In this document: piece by piece, positions 38,321-49,642 of the stretch
How positions within the stretch are numbered: position 1 is the first letter of the stretch
Layout: the number at the start of each line of letters is the position of its first letter
Assembly: GCA_031426755.1 (NCBI GenBank)
Contig: JASJPI010000003.1
Coordinates: 101,011 to 165,010, forward strand
DNA length: 64,000 nt
Direction: 5' to 3'
DNA from: Curvibacter sp.
GTDB lineage: Bacteria > Pseudomonadota > Gammaproteobacteria > Burkholderiales > Burkholderiaceae_C
The notes under the pieces: model-generated
Database searches by the model: none
What the model was told of the DNA's origin: nothing
Seen by the model: only the letters and a program-made list of their open reading frames with translations
Position numbers and translations under genes: made by a program

Positions 38321-39460
38321 TCAGGCGGCCAACAAAATGCGCAACATGCGGCGCAACGGCTCGGCCGCTCCCCACAGCAGCTGGTCGCCCACGGTAAAGG
38401 CGCCCAGGTAGTCGTTGCCCATGGCCAGCTTGTGCAGGCGGCCGACCGGCACGGTCAGCGTGCCGGTGACGGCCGCCGGCGTCAGATCGCGTTCGCTGAT
38501 CTCGCGTTGGTTAGCGACCACTTTCACCCAGTCGTTGGCACCCGCCAGCATGGACTCGATCTCATCCAGCGGCACGTCCTTCTTCAGCTTGACGGTCAGA
38601 CCCTGCGAGTGGCAGCGCATGGCGCCGATGCGCACACACAGGCCATCGATCGGGATGCTGCCGGCGCTGCGGAAGGCCGGGTTGCCCAGGATCTTGTTGC
38701 ACTCGGCGCCACCCTTCCACTCTTCCTTGCTCTGGCCATGCTCCACCGGCACGTCGATCCAGGGGATCAGACTGCCGGCGAGGGCCGTGTTGCGGAAGTT
38801 CTTGGTCGGGAAGCTGGCATCGCGCATGGTGGCAGCCACCTTACGGTCGATGTCCAGGATGGCGGAGGCCGGGTCGGCCAGCTCGGCCTTGACGGCATCG
38901 TGCAGGGCACCCATCTGGCTCAGCAACTCACGCATGTTCTGCGCACCGGCACCGGAAGCGGCCTGGTAGGTCATGGCGCTGACCCACTCGATGAGGTTGG
39001 CCTTGAACAGGCCGCCCATGGCCATGAGCATCAGGCTCACGGTGCAGTTGCCGCCGATCCAGTTGCGGCCGCCGCGGGCCAAGGCGCTGTCGATCACATC
39101 GCGGTTGACCGGGTCAAGCACGATGACGGCGTCATCGGCCATGCGCAGCGAGGAGGCGGCGTCAATCCAGTGGCCGTTCCAGCCGGCGGCGCGCAGCTTC
39201 GGGTACACCTCCTTGGTGTAGTCGCCGCCCTGGCAGGTCAGGATGATGTCGCACTTCTTCAGCTCGTCGATGCTGTTGGCATCCTTGAGCGTGGTTTCGT
39301 TCTTGGCCTGGGCCGGGGCCTTGCCGCCGGCGTTGGAGGTGGAGAAGAACACCGGCTCGATCAGGGCGAAGTCGCCTTCGGCCTGCATGCGGTCCATCAG
39401 GACCGAGCCCACCATGCCGCGCCAACCGACGAGGCCCACCAGATTGCCAACTTTGCTCAT
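38321..39460 (-). CDS. asd: Aspartate-semialdehyde dehydrogenase
   Basis: [14 protein letters not shown], active-site GGNCTVS and [16 protein letters not shown] 39460 lies inside the 39475 ORF. Confidence 0.95.
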   Translation of the reverse strand: MSKVGNLVGLVGWRGMVGSVLMDRMQAEGDFALIEPVFFSTSNAGGKAPAQAKNETTLKDANSIDELKKCDIILTCQGGDYTKEVYPKLRAAGWNGHWIDAASSLRMADDAVIVLDPVNRDVIDSALARGGRNWIGGNCTVSLMLMAMGGLFKANLIEWVSAMTYQAASGAGAQNMRELLSQMGALHDAVKAELADPASAILDIDRKVAATMRDASFPTKNFRNTALAGSLIPWIDVPVEHGQSKEEWKGGAECNKILGNPAFRSAGSIPIDGLCVRIGAMRCHSQGLTVKLKKDVPLDEIESMLAGANDWVKVVANQREISERDLTPAAVTGTLTVPVGRLHKLAMGNDYLGAFTVGDQLLWGAAEPLRRMLRILLAA

Positions 39461-39534
39461 CACATGCCCTTTCAAATCAAATCCTGTTTTCCCGGCTCGT
39501 CCAGCCGGGAGGGCGTGACGAACCGAGAGCCTGT

Positions 39535-40617
<1,083 letters not shown>

Positions 40618-40646
40618 TTTTTGATTACTATTAAATTGATAGCTGC

Positions 40647-41297
40647 TTACGCCATGGTGGTATGGGCCAGCCAGGGTTTTTGTGCCAGACGCTGGGCTTC
40701 GAAGGCAGCGATCTTGTCCTTGTGGCGCAGGGTCAGGCCGATGTCGTCGAAGCCGTTGAGCAGGCAGTACTTGCGGAAGGCCTGCACGTCGAAGGGAATC
40801 TCTTCGCCCTGCGGCTTGACGATGACCTGGCGTTCCAGGTCGATGGTGAGCTGGTAGCCGGGAAAAGCGGCACATTCGTCGAACAGCTGGGCCACCGTGG
40901 CTTCCGGCAGCTGGATCGGCAGCAGGCCGTTCTTGAAGCTGTTGTTGAAGAAGATGTCGGCAAAGCTGGGGGCGATGATGGCGCGAAAGCCATACTGGTC
41001 GAGTGCCCAGGGTGCATGTTCGCGCGAGGAGCCGCAGCCGAAGTTCTTGCGTGCCAGCAGGATGGAGGCACCGGCATAACGCGGCTGGTTCAGCACGAAG
41101 TCCGGGTTCGGGCGGCGAGCGGCGGGGTCCTGGCCCGGGTAGCCGGCGTCCAGGTAGCGCCACTCGTCGAACAGGTTCGGACCGAAGCCGGTCTTGCGGA
41201 TCGATTTGAGAAACTGCTTGGGGATGATGGCGTCGGTGTCGACGTTCTCGCGGTCCATCGGGGCCACCAGGCCCTTGTGTACGGTAAAGGTTTTCAT
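40647..41297 (-). CDS. leuD: 3-isopropylmalate dehydratase small subunit
   Basis: 216 aa. [15 protein letters not shown] and [13 protein letters not shown]. Confidence 0.95.
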   Translation of the reverse strand: MKTFTVHKGLVAPMDRENVDTDAIIPKQFLKSIRKTGFGPNLFDEWRYLDAGYPGQDPAARRPNPDFVLNQPRYAGASILLARKNFGCGSSREHAPWALDQYGFRAIIAPSFADIFFNNSFKNGLLPIQLPEATVAQLFDECAAFPGYQLTIDLERQVIVKPQGEEIPFDVQAFRKYCLLNGFDDIGLTLRHKDKIAAFEAQRLAQKPWLAHTTMA

Positions 41298-41425
41298 TAT
41301 TTCTTCGCCGCGCCTTCGATCTTCTCGCCGGCCTTCTGAATGTCCTGGCCCACGCCCTTGACGGTGTTGCAGCCCACCAGAGCCAGCGTCAGGGACAGGA
41401 CCATGAACAGGGTTGTCTTTTTCAT
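41297..41425 (-). CDS. Entericidin A/B-family small lipoprotein (42 aa, below the ORF-track size cut-off)
   Basis: Hand translation gives [42 protein letters not shown]. It has a lipobox LVGC, GGAGAA 5 nt upstream of the ATG, and a TAATG overlap with the leuD start. Confidence 0.7.
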   Translation of the reverse strand: MKKTTLFMVLSLTLALVGCNTVKGVGQDIQKAGEKIEGAAKK

Positions 41426-41447
41426 CGTGTTCTCCTAGGCAGAGGGT

Positions 41448-42869
41448 TCAGGCGAATTTGCGGACGTCGACAAAATGGCCGTGCACCGCGGCAGCGGCGG
41501 CCATGGCCGGGCTCACCAGGTGGGTGCGGCCGCCAGCGCCTTGGCGCCCTTCGAAGTTGCGGTTGCTGGTGGAGGCGCAGCGCTCGCCCGGCTCCAGCCG
41601 GTCGGCATTCATGGCCAGGCACATGGAGCAGCCCGGTTCACGCCACTCGAAGCCGGCGGCCTTGAAGATCTCGTGCAGGCCTTCACGCTCGGCTTGTTCT
41701 TTCACCAGGCCAGAGCCCGGCACCACCATGGCCAGCTTCACGTTCTTGGCGACCTTCTGGCCGAGTTTCTTCACGATGGCAGCGGCTTCACGCATGTCCT
41801 CGATACGGCTGTTGGTGCAGGAGCCGATGAAGACCTTGTCGATGGTGATGTCGGCCAGCGGCTTGCCGGGCTCCAGACCCATGTAGGTCAGGGCGCGTTC
41901 GATGGCACCGCGCTTGTTGGCGTCCTTTTCCTTGTCCGGGTCAGGCACGCGGCCGTCAATGCCCAGCACCATCTCGGGCGAAGTACCCCAGGTGACCTGC
42001 GGCAGGATTTGCGCGGCATCAAGCTCGACCACAGCGTCGAACGCGGCGTCGGCGTCGGAATGCAGCGTCTTCCAGTAGGCCGCGGCCTGGTCCCACTCCA
42101 CGCCGGTGGGGGAGAGCAGACGGCCCTTGACGTACTCGATGGTCTTGTCGTCCACCGCGACCAGACCGGCGCGGGCGCCGCCTTCGATCGCCATGTTGCA
42201 CACCGTCATGCGGCCTTCCATGCTCAGGGCACGGATGGCCGAGCCGGCGAACTCGATGGTGTAGCCGGTGCCGCCGGCGGTGCCGATCTTGCCAATGATG
42301 GCCAGCACGATGTCCTTGGCGGTGACGCCGCGGGCCACGTTGCCTTCCACCAAGACCCGCATGTTCTTGGCCTTCTTGGCCAGCAGGGTCTGCGTGGCCA
42401 TCACGTGCTCGACCTCGCTGGTGCCGATGCCGTGCGCCAGCGCACCGAAGGCGCCGTGGGTCGAGGTGTGCGAGTCGCCGCAGACCACCGTCATGCCGGG
42501 CAGGGTGGCGCCGTTTTCCGGGCCGATCACGTGCACGATGCCCTGGCGCTTGGACAGGAAGGGGAAGAAGGCGGCGGCGCCGGACTCCTGGATGTTGGCG
42601 TCCAGCGTGGTGATCTGTTCCTTGCTGATCGGGTCGGCAATGCCGTCGTAGCCGAGTTCCCAGCCGGTGGTCGGCGTGTTGTGGTCGGCGGTGGCGACGA
42701 TGGAGCTGACGCGCCACACCTTGCGGCCGGCCTGGCGCAGGCCCTCGAAGGCTTGCGGGCTGGTGACTTCATGCACCAGATGGCGGTCGATGTAGAGGAT
42801 GGCGGTGCCATCTTCTTCGGTATGGACGACGTGCTCGTCCCAGATCTTGTCGTAAAGGGTGCGTCCCAT
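41448..42869 (-). CDS. leuC: 3-isopropylmalate dehydratase large subunit
   Basis: 473 aa. [29 protein letters not shown] and the aconitase-family Cys ligands ([18 protein letters not shown]). Confidence 0.95.
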   Translation of the reverse strand: MGRTLYDKIWDEHVVHTEEDGTAILYIDRHLVHEVTSPQAFEGLRQAGRKVWRVSSIVATADHNTPTTGWELGYDGIADPISKEQITTLDANIQESGAAAFFPFLSKRQGIVHVIGPENGATLPGMTVVCGDSHTSTHGAFGALAHGIGTSEVEHVMATQTLLAKKAKNMRVLVEGNVARGVTAKDIVLAIIGKIGTAGGTGYTIEFAGSAIRALSMEGRMTVCNMAIEGGARAGLVAVDDKTIEYVKGRLLSPTGVEWDQAAAYWKTLHSDADAAFDAVVELDAAQILPQVTWGTSPEMVLGIDGRVPDPDKEKDANKRGAIERALTYMGLEPGKPLADITIDKVFIGSCTNSRIEDMREAAAIVKKLGQKVAKNVKLAMVVPGSGLVKEQAEREGLHEIFKAAGFEWREPGCSMCLAMNADRLEPGERCASTSNRNFEGRQGAGGRTHLVSPAMAAAAAVHGHFVDVRKFA

Positions 42870-42923
42870 GGGGTTTTCCTTGGCAATCCGCTATTTTATT
42901 CGGACCACGCCAGCAAGGTTTTT

Positions 42924-43193
42924 TAGGGCCTGTTCACACTGATTTCACAAGTGCGAACGAGGAGAAAGCCACGCCACTCGTTGTTGCACTCCTAGCCCAG
43001 ACGGCCAGTCTGGGCGTCGTCGCGCGCCTAGATTGGCGCGGCTTTCTCCTCGTTCCCTTCGGGTTGCGGCCAAAAAGACCATGCGCGGCGTTCCGAAGCC
43101 TTGCCGGGGGCCGACCCCGGCTGCGTTTCGTGCCTTGCGCATGGCCTTTTTGATCCGCAACGCATCTTGTGAAATCAGTGTGAACAGGCCCTA
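42924..43193. mobile_element. Non-autonomous MITE-like element, 266 bp, 26-nt perfect terminal inverted repeats, TA target duplication
   Basis: Left end TA|GGGCCTGTTCACACTGATTTCACAAG (42926-42951). Right end CTTGTGAAATCAGTGTGAACAGGCCC|TA (43166-43191). Nested internal inverted repeats are CGAACGAGGAGAAAGCC/GGCTTTCTCCTCGTTCC and TTGCGGCCAAAAAGACCATGCGC/GCGCATGGCCTTTTTGATCCGCAA. It has no coding capacity. Confidence 0.75.
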
Positions 43194-43574
43194 GTCAATG
43201 ATGTCCAGCTTCGGCGACAGCTCGCGCACCCGGTGGTCGACGTAGTAGCCGCCGAACTCGGTGTAGCGCAGCAGGTGCCGCTGGCATTGGCCGCAGCGCC
43301 AGAGTTTGCAGCGGTTGTAGGGGAAGAATTTCAGGGCCACCGGCGCATCGGCTGAGTCGTAGCGCGTGCCTTGCGGGTGGTGTTCCTCGAAGGTCGGCTC
43401 GTCAAGCTCAGGGTCGCGCAGCGTGGCCACCTGCTGCATCTGGGCGGCGGGCCAGCGGTCTTCGCTCAGGCTTTCCCAGCCGGCGCAGCCGCCCAGGCTG
43501 CAGCTGCAGGGCTGCGGGTCAGCGTTGTCAGCCAGCAGGCGCTTGAGTTCAGCGGCTCTTTGGATCAGGCGCAT
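43191..43574 (-). CDS. Cys-rich hypothetical protein (127 aa)
   Basis: GC3-rich ORF in the leuC-gltA gap. Cys pattern CSCSLGGC ... CKLWRCGQC. I recognise no family. The stop TAG is formed by the TA target site plus the terminal base of the MITE. Confidence 0.5.
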   Translation of the reverse strand: MRLIQRAAELKRLLADNADPQPCSCSLGGCAGWESLSEDRWPAAQMQQVATLRDPELDEPTFEEHHPQGTRYDSADAPVALKFFPYNRCKLWRCGQCQRHLLRYTEFGGYYVDHRVRELSPKLDIID

Positions 43575-43650
43575 GTGGGGGGCGAAGTTGGTCGACCAAT
43601 GAAAATGCCCGCCGACGTTGCCGTGCGGCGGGCATGCGTTGGAGCGCAGT

Positions 43651-44961
43651 TTAACGCTTGGCCAGCGGCGGCACGTCGCGGCGCACCGAGCCGGTGAACA
43701 GTTGGCGCGGACGGCCGATCTTGTACTCGGGGTCGCTGATCATCTCGTTGAGCTGGGCGATCCAGCCGACGGTGCGGGCCAGGGCGAAGATGCCGGTGAA
43801 CAGGTTGACCGGGATGCCCAGCGCGCGCTGCACGATGCCGGAGTAGAAGTCGACGTTCGGGTAGAGCTTGCGCTGCACGAAGTAGTCGTCTTCCAGGGCG
43901 ATCTTTTCCAGCGCCATGGCCAGCTTGAACAGCGGGTCGTTTTCCAGGCCCAGTTCAGCCAGCACTTCCTTGCAGGTTTCCTGCATCAGCTTGGCACGCG
44001 GGTCGTGGTTCTTGTAGACGCGGTGACCGAAGCCCATCAGGCGCACGCCGGAGTTCTTGTCCTTGACCTGGTTCATGAACTCGCCGACCTTGGCCACGCC
44101 GCCGTTGGCCTGGATCTCTTCCAGCATGTTCAGGCAGGCTTCGTTGGCGCCGCCGTGGGCCGGACCCCACAGGCAGGCTACGCCGGCGGCGATGGCTGCG
44201 AACGGGTTGGTGCCGGACGAGCCGCACAGGCGCACGGTCGAGGTGGAAGCGTTCTGTTCGTGGTCGGCGTGCAGGATGAAGATGCGGTCCATGGCGCGCT
44301 CGAGCACCGGGTTGACCTTGTAATCCTCGCAGGGCGTGCCGAACATCATGCGCAGGAAGTTGCCGGCATAGCTCAGGTCGTTGCGCGGGTACATGTAGGG
44401 CTGACCGACGCCGTACTTGTAGGCCATGGCCACCAGCGTGGGCATCTTGGCGATCAGGCGGATCGCGGCGATTTCGCGGTGCTCGGGGTTGTTGATGTCG
44501 GTGCTGTCGTGATAGAAGGCCGACAGGGCGCCCACCAGACCGGTCAGCACGGCCATCGGGTGCGCATCGCGGCGGAAACCACGCAGGAAGAACTGCATCT
44601 GCTCGTTGACCATGGTGTGCATGGTCACGCGCTCGCTGAAGGCTGCCTTTTTCTCGGCGTTCGGCAGGTCACCGTACAGCAGCAGGTGGCAGGTTTCGAG
44701 GAAGTCGCACTGGGTCGCGAGCTGCTCGATCGGGTAGCCGCGGTACAGCAGTTCGCCCTTGTCGCCATCGATGTAGGTGATGGCCGACTGGCAGGAGGCG
44801 GTCGAGAGGAAGCCCGGGTCGTAGGTGAACATGCCCGTCTGGCCGTAGAGCTTACGGATGTCGATCACGTCCGGGCCGATGTTGCCCTGGTAGACGGGCA
44901 GCTCGACGCTGGGGCTGCCGTTACTGAACGACAGGGTGGCTTTGTTGTCAGCTAGTTTCAT
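43651..44961 (-). CDS. gltA: Citrate synthase (type II)
   Basis: 436 aa. [23 protein letters not shown] and [14 protein letters not shown] motifs. Confidence 0.95.
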   Translation of the reverse strand: MKLADNKATLSFSNGSPSVELPVYQGNIGPDVIDIRKLYGQTGMFTYDPGFLSTASCQSAITYIDGDKGELLYRGYPIEQLATQCDFLETCHLLLYGDLPNAEKKAAFSERVTMHTMVNEQMQFFLRGFRRDAHPMAVLTGLVGALSAFYHDSTDINNPEHREIAAIRLIAKMPTLVAMAYKYGVGQPYMYPRNDLSYAGNFLRMMFGTPCEDYKVNPVLERAMDRIFILHADHEQNASTSTVRLCGSSGTNPFAAIAAGVACLWGPAHGGANEACLNMLEEIQANGGVAKVGEFMNQVKDKNSGVRLMGFGHRVYKNHDPRAKLMQETCKEVLAELGLENDPLFKLAMALEKIALEDDYFVQRKLYPNVDFYSGIVQRALGIPVNLFTGIFALARTVGWIAQLNEMISDPEYKIGRPRQLFTGSVRRDVPPLAKR

Positions 44962-44970
44962 GGGGGCCTT

Positions 44971-45255
44971 TCAGCAGTTTTCTCTCAACATGTTCAAAAC
45001 TTCGCGCACTTCTTCGCGGTCCAGCTCGGGGTCGACCTTTGCCAGCGGCTTGCGGGCAAGGTGCAGGTCGAGCAGGTCGTAATCGCTCAGATCCATCAGG
45101 GCCGTCAGACCCTGCGCCTGGCGCACGGTCAACGTGGACTCGAACTTGCGGAAAAAGCGCTCGATGTAGAGGTCGTTCTCCAGCAGGCCGCGGCGGCAGC
45201 GCCACTTCAGCTTGCTGAGTGTCCTCTCGTCGATCAGTTCATTGTCCACGGTCAA
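44971..45255 (-). CDS. sdhE: Succinate dehydrogenase flavinylation factor SdhE (DUF339)
   Basis: 94 aa. KLKWRCRRGLLENDL contains the RGxxE motif. Located directly downstream of sdhB. Confidence 0.8.
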   Translation of the reverse strand: MTVDNELIDERTLSKLKWRCRRGLLENDLYIERFFRKFESTLTVRQAQGLTALMDLSDYDLLDLHLARKPLAKVDPELDREEVREVLNMLRENC

Positions 45256-45269
45256 CCCTAGTGAATTGC

Positions 45270-45974
45270 TTACACCGCGCGGGCGACCATCATTTCCTTG
45301 ATCTTGCCGATGGCCTTGGTCGGGTTCAGACCCTTGGGGCAGACATCTACGCAGTTCATGATGGTGTGGCAGCGGAACAGACGGTAGGGGTCTTCCAGAT
45401 TGTCCAGGCGCTCGCCGGTGGCGTCATCGCGGCTGTCGGCCAGGAAGCGGTAGGCCTGCAGCAGGCCGGCCGGGCCGACGAACTTGTCCGGGTTCCACCA
45501 GAAGCTCGGGCAGCTGGTCGAGCAGCTCGCGCACAGAATGCACTCGTACAGGCCGTTGAGCTCTTCGCGCTCTTCGGGCGACTGCAGGCGCTCGCGCTCG
45601 GGTGCCAGGGTCTCGTTGATCAGGTAGGGCTTGATCGAGTTGTACTGCTTGAAGAATTGCGTCATGTCCACGATCAGGTCGCGGATGACTGGCAGACCCG
45701 GCAGCGGCTTGAGCACGACGGTGCCCTTGAGCGTGTTCATGTTGGTCAGGCAGGCCAGACCGTTCTTGCCGTTGATGTTCATGGCATCGGAGCCGCAGAC
45801 GCCTTCGCGGCAGGAGCGGCGGAACGACAGGGTCGGGTCCTGTTCCTTGAGCTTGACCAGCGCGTCCAGCAGCATGCGCTCATGACCGTCGAGTTCGATC
45901 TCGATGGTCTGCATGTAGGGCTTGGCATCCTTTTCCGGATCGTAGCGATAGATTTGGAATGTGCGTTTTTGCAT
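45270..45974 (-). CDS. sdhB: Succinate dehydrogenase iron-sulfur subunit
   Basis: 234 aa. Cluster motifs [28 protein letters not shown] and [13 protein letters not shown]. Confidence 0.95.
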   Translation of the reverse strand: MQKRTFQIYRYDPEKDAKPYMQTIEIELDGHERMLLDALVKLKEQDPTLSFRRSCREGVCGSDAMNINGKNGLACLTNMNTLKGTVVLKPLPGLPVIRDLIVDMTQFFKQYNSIKPYLINETLAPERERLQSPEEREELNGLYECILCASCSTSCPSFWWNPDKFVGPAGLLQAYRFLADSRDDATGERLDNLEDPYRLFRCHTIMNCVDVCPKGLNPTKAIGKIKEMMVARAV

Positions 45975-45999
45975 GTTTCGTCTCTCGTGAGGCTACTGG

Positions 46000-47805
46000 T
46001 TAGAACGTCCGGACCTTCGGCGGCACGCTGTCCACCGTCAGGGGCTTGAGGTTGACCGGCTTGTAGGTCAGACGGCTGCCTTCGCTGTGCCAGAGGGTGT
46101 GCTTGAGCCACTCCTTGTCATTGCGACCCAGCGGGAACTCGGCATGGTCGGCCGGGTGCTCGTAGTCGTAGACCGTGTGGGCGCCGCGGCATTCCGTGCG
46201 GGCGGCGGCGGACACCATGGTGGCCTGGGCCACTTCGATCAGGTTGTCCACTTCCAGTGCCTCGATGCGGGCCGTGTTGAAGACCTTGGACTTGTCCTTG
46301 AGCGTGATGCTGGCCACGCGCTCGCGGATGGCGGCAATTTTCGTCACGCCTTCATCCATGCTCGACTGGGTGCGGAACACGCCCGCATGCTGTTGCATGG
46401 TGGAGCGGATTTCGCCGGCCAGGGCCTGCGAGTAAGTACCAGCGCTGGACTTCTCGAGCTGGTTCAGGCGCTCCAGCGTGCGATCGGCGGCGTCGGCCGG
46501 CAGGGGCTTGTGCTCCTTGTTCTTGGCGTTGAACTCGACGATGTGGCGGCCAGCGGCCTTGCCGAACACCAGCAGGTCCAGCAGCGAGTTGGTGCCCAGG
46601 CGGTTGGCGCCGTGCACGCTCACGCAGGAGCATTCGCCCACGGCGTACAGGCCATTGACCACGCTGTTGCCGGAACCGTCGTGGGTCACGACCTGGCCGT
46701 GGATGTTGGTCGGCACGCCGCCCATCTGGTAGTGGATGGTCGGCACCACGGGGATCGGTTCCTTGGTGATGTCGACGTTGGCAAAGTTGACGCCGATCTC
46801 GTACACCGAGGGCAGGCGCTTGTGGATGGTGTCGGCGCCGAGGTGGTCGAGCTTGAGCAGCACGTAGTCCTTGTTCGGACCACAGCCACGGCCTTCCTTG
46901 ATCTCCTGGTCCATCGAACGCGAGACGAAGTCGCGCGGTGCCAGATCCTTCAGCGTCGGGGCATAGCGCTCCATGAAGCGCTCGCCATTGCTGTTGAGCA
47001 GGATGGCGCCTTCGCCGCGGCAGCCTTCGGTCAGCAGCACGCCGGCGCCGGCCACGCCGGTCGGGTGGAACTGCCAGAACTCCATGTCCTGCAGCGGAAT
47101 GCCGGCGCGTGCCGCCATGCCCAGGCCGTCGCCGGTGTTGATGAAGGCGTTGGTCGAGGCCGCAAAGATGCGGCCGGCACCGCCGGTGGCCAGCAGCACG
47201 GTCTTGGCTTCCAGGATGTACAGGTCGCCGCTTTCCATTTCCAGCGCTGTCACACCCACCACGTCGCCATCGGCGTCGCGGATCAGGTCCAGTGCCATCC
47301 ACTCGACGAAGAAGTTGGTCTTGGCCTTGACGTTCTGCTGGTACAGGGTGTGCAGCATGGCGTGGCCGGTACGGTCGGCCGCGGCGCAGGCGCGCTGCAC
47401 CGGTTTTTCACCGTAGTTGGCGGTGTGGCCGCCGAACGGACGTTGGTAGATCGTGCCATCCGGGTTGCGGTCGAATGGCATGCCGAAGTGCTCCAGCTCG
47501 TACACGACCTTGGGCGCTTCGCGGCACATGAATTCGATCGCATCCTGGTCGCCGAGCCAGTCGGAGCCCTTGATGGTGTCGTAGAAGTGGTAGTGCCAGT
47601 TGTCCTCGGACATGTTGCCCAGCGAGGCGCTCACGCCGCCCTGTGCGGCGACCGTGTGCGAACGGGTGGGGAACACTTTGGACAGCGAGGCCACGTTGAG
47701 GCCGGCGCGGGAGAGTTCAATCGCGGCGCGCATGCCGGAGCCGCCGGCCCCGACGATGACGACGTCGAACTTGCGCTTGGTGATATTCGCTTTGGTGTAG
47801 CTCAT
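46000..47805 (-). CDS. sdhA: Succinate dehydrogenase flavoprotein subunit
   Basis: 601 aa. VVIVGAGGSGMRAA, RSHTVAAQGG (FAD-linking His) and HGANRLGTNSLLD. Confidence 0.97.
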   Translation of the reverse strand: MSYTKANITKRKFDVVIVGAGGSGMRAAIELSRAGLNVASLSKVFPTRSHTVAAQGGVSASLGNMSEDNWHYHFYDTIKGSDWLGDQDAIEFMCREAPKVVYELEHFGMPFDRNPDGTIYQRPFGGHTANYGEKPVQRACAAADRTGHAMLHTLYQQNVKAKTNFFVEWMALDLIRDADGDVVGVTALEMESGDLYILEAKTVLLATGGAGRIFAASTNAFINTGDGLGMAARAGIPLQDMEFWQFHPTGVAGAGVLLTEGCRGEGAILLNSNGERFMERYAPTLKDLAPRDFVSRSMDQEIKEGRGCGPNKDYVLLKLDHLGADTIHKRLPSVYEIGVNFANVDITKEPIPVVPTIHYQMGGVPTNIHGQVVTHDGSGNSVVNGLYAVGECSCVSVHGANRLGTNSLLDLLVFGKAAGRHIVEFNAKNKEHKPLPADAADRTLERLNQLEKSSAGTYSQALAGEIRSTMQQHAGVFRTQSSMDEGVTKIAAIRERVASITLKDKSKVFNTARIEALEVDNLIEVAQATMVSAAARTECRGAHTVYDYEHPADHAEFPLGRNDKEWLKHTLWHSEGSRLTYKPVNLKPLTVDSVPPKVRTF

Positions 47806-47829
47806 TGTTGTAATGCCTTATTCCGGTGA

Positions 47830-48195
47830 TCAGAGACGCCACAGAACCTGGATGGCCCAGCCGGCGCAGCCGACCAGCCAGACAAGGGTGAATACCTGCA
47901 GCGACAGGCGGATCCAGACGGGCTTGATGTAGTCCATCCAGATTTCGCGCATGCCGACCCAGACGTGCCAAGCCAGCGCGATGATGACGGTGAAGGTGAG
48001 GAACTTCATCCACTGCGTGGCGAAGATGCCGGACCAGCCCTCGTAGCCCAAGGGGCCACGGATGGCCAGCACCTGGATGAGCACCATCAGTGTGAACAGG
48101 ACCATGAGGACGCCGGTGGCGCGCTGGACCAGCCAGTCGCGCAGACCGTAGTGTGCGCCCACGACGATGCGCTTGGAGCCGTAGTTGACGGACAT
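47830..48195 (-). CDS. sdhD: Succinate dehydrogenase membrane anchor subunit
   Basis: 121 aa from MSVNYGSKR. Three TM helices. AGGAG lies upstream of ATG 48195. Position between sdhC and sdhA. Confidence 0.85.
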   Translation of the reverse strand: MSVNYGSKRIVVGAHYGLRDWLVQRATGVLMVLFTLMVLIQVLAIRGPLGYEGWSGIFATQWMKFLTFTVIIALAWHVWVGMREIWMDYIKPVWIRLSLQVFTLVWLVGCAGWAIQVLWRL

Positions 48196-48214
48196 GAATT
48201 GCTCCTGCTTCTCT

Positions 48215-48661
48215 TTAGTACAGACCAAACAGCTTGGCGCCCAGCACGGCCGTCAGGCCCAGGCTGAGTACCAGCGTGACGACGGCCGAGCGGCGGCCGA
48301 ATTCCTTGCTCACTGCATCGTGCGAGACGTCCATCCAGAGATGGCGCAGGCCGGCGATGATGTGGTGCAGGTAGGCCCAGATCAGGCCCAGCGCCACCAG
48401 CTTGAACAAGCCACCCGGCACACCGGCCACACCGACGCTGAACAGCGAGGTGAAGCGCGCGTAGGAATACTCCGACGACAGCGAGGTGTCGAACAGCCAG
48501 ATGATGAACGGCAGCAACAGGAACATGATCAGGCCGCTGATGCGATGCATGCCGGAGACGAGTGCGGCCAGCGGCCAACGGTAGCTCGGCAGATCCTTGA
48601 ACGCGTTGATGTTGCGAAACTCGGGCCGCTGGGGCCGGGAGGCTTTGACAAGATCAGTCAT
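48215..48661 (-). CDS. sdhC: Succinate dehydrogenase cytochrome b556 subunit
   Basis: 148 aa. RPEFRNINAFKDL..., SGMHRISG heme-ligand region, three TM helices. Confidence 0.85.
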   Translation of the reverse strand: MTDLVKASRPQRPEFRNINAFKDLPSYRWPLAALVSGMHRISGLIMFLLLPFIIWLFDTSLSSEYSYARFTSLFSVGVAGVPGGLFKLVALGLIWAYLHHIIAGLRHLWMDVSHDAVSKEFGRRSAVVTLVLSLGLTAVLGAKLFGLY

Positions 48662-48795
48662 GGTGGGGCTTTCTCATGGATGTAACCGCTTTGTAATTTC
48701 GGGCAGGTTGCCGTGGCAAATTCTATTGCAACGCAGCATTAAAACGGGGTGGTCGGATGTTTCTTTATGGGGTTTGTGAGTGGTAACAGAGTTTC

Positions 48796-49599
48796 TCAGC
48801 CGAGTTCGTTGTGATAGTGATGGGTATCGGTCAGGTACAGGCCGCGGCGCAGTTCCATCGGGACGTCGTTGTAGGTGTAGGCAATGCGCTCCACGCTCAA
48901 CAACGGCGTGTTCTTGGGGATTTTGAGCAGGGCAGCTTGGGCGGCATCCGGCAGGACGGCGCGGATTTTTTCTTCCGCGCGCACCATGCGCACGCCAAAT
49001 TCGGTTTCGAACAGGGCGTACATCGGACCGAGGTGCTGGCTCAGCCGCTCGGCGGTCAGGCCCTTGAAGGGCGTGCCCGGCAGCCACAGGTCTTCCAGAA
49101 TGGTGGGGCGGCCGGCGAAGGACAGGACGCGGCGCGCCTGCAGCACGCTGTCGCCGGTACGCAGCGCCAGGGCGCGCGCCACGTCGGCGCTGGCGCGCAG
49201 GCGCTTGCAATCGATGATGGTGCGCTCGGCCGGCCCCTCGCTCTGGTTGTCGCCCTGATCCGGCATCAGCCGCAAGAAGCGGTACTGAACGTGTTGCTCT
49301 GCATGGGTGGCGACAAACGTGCCTTTGCCCTGGCGGCGCACCAGCAGGTTTTCCGCGGCGAGCTCATCGATGGCCTTGCGCACCGTGCCCTGGCTGACGC
49401 GGTAGCGCGCGGCCAGGTCCATTTCGCTGGGGATCGACTCGCCGGGTTTCCATTCGCCTGACTGCAGGCTTTGCAGAATCAGCCCCTTGATCTGCTGGTA
49501 CAGCGGGCTGAAGGCGGGGGTCTGGGCCGATAGCGCAGACGCGCCACCTTCCGTGCCGGAAGTGGCCGGGTCAACAGCAGAAGAGGGCGTCTGGTTCAT
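48796..49599 (-). CDS. GntR/HutC-family transcriptional regulator (wHTH + UTRA domain)
   Basis: LYQQIKGLILQSLQSGEWKPGESIPSEMDLAARYRVSQGTVRKAIDELAAENLLVRRQGKGTFV is a GntR HTH. The C-terminus is UTRA-like. ATG 49599 or 49641. Confidence 0.8.
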   Translation of the reverse strand: MNQTPSSAVDPATSGTEGGASALSAQTPAFSPLYQQIKGLILQSLQSGEWKPGESIPSEMDLAARYRVSQGTVRKAIDELAAENLLVRRQGKGTFVATHAEQHVQYRFLRLMPDQGDNQSEGPAERTIIDCKRLRASADVARALALRTGDSVLQARRVLSFAGRPTILEDLWLPGTPFKGLTAERLSQHLGPMYALFETEFGVRMVRAEEKIRAVLPDAAQAALLKIPKNTPLLSVERIAYTYNDVPMELRRGLYLTDTHHYHNELG

Positions 49600-49642
49600 G
49601 GGGCAGGGGCGGTCACCCGCAGGCGGAATAGGCTGAATCATA

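Noticed and set aside
42945-43160. 71-aa reverse-strand ORF inside the MITE
   Set aside because: It lies entirely within nested inverted repeats of a non-autonomous element. It has no RBS and is too short and too repeat-derived to be a transposase.
41475-47829. Long + strand ORFs (41475-42926, 43618-44955, 46087-47829) opposite leuC, gltA and sdhA. Similar antisense ORFs lie opposite fabF (8780-10222), lepA (15060-16859), the MCP (23284-24903, 23652-25019), degP (13192-14610) and asd (38258-39538).
   Set aside because: Each overlaps a confidently identified gene on the other strand and shows low-complexity Arg/Gly/Ala/His-rich translation. I treated all of them as non-coding shadows.
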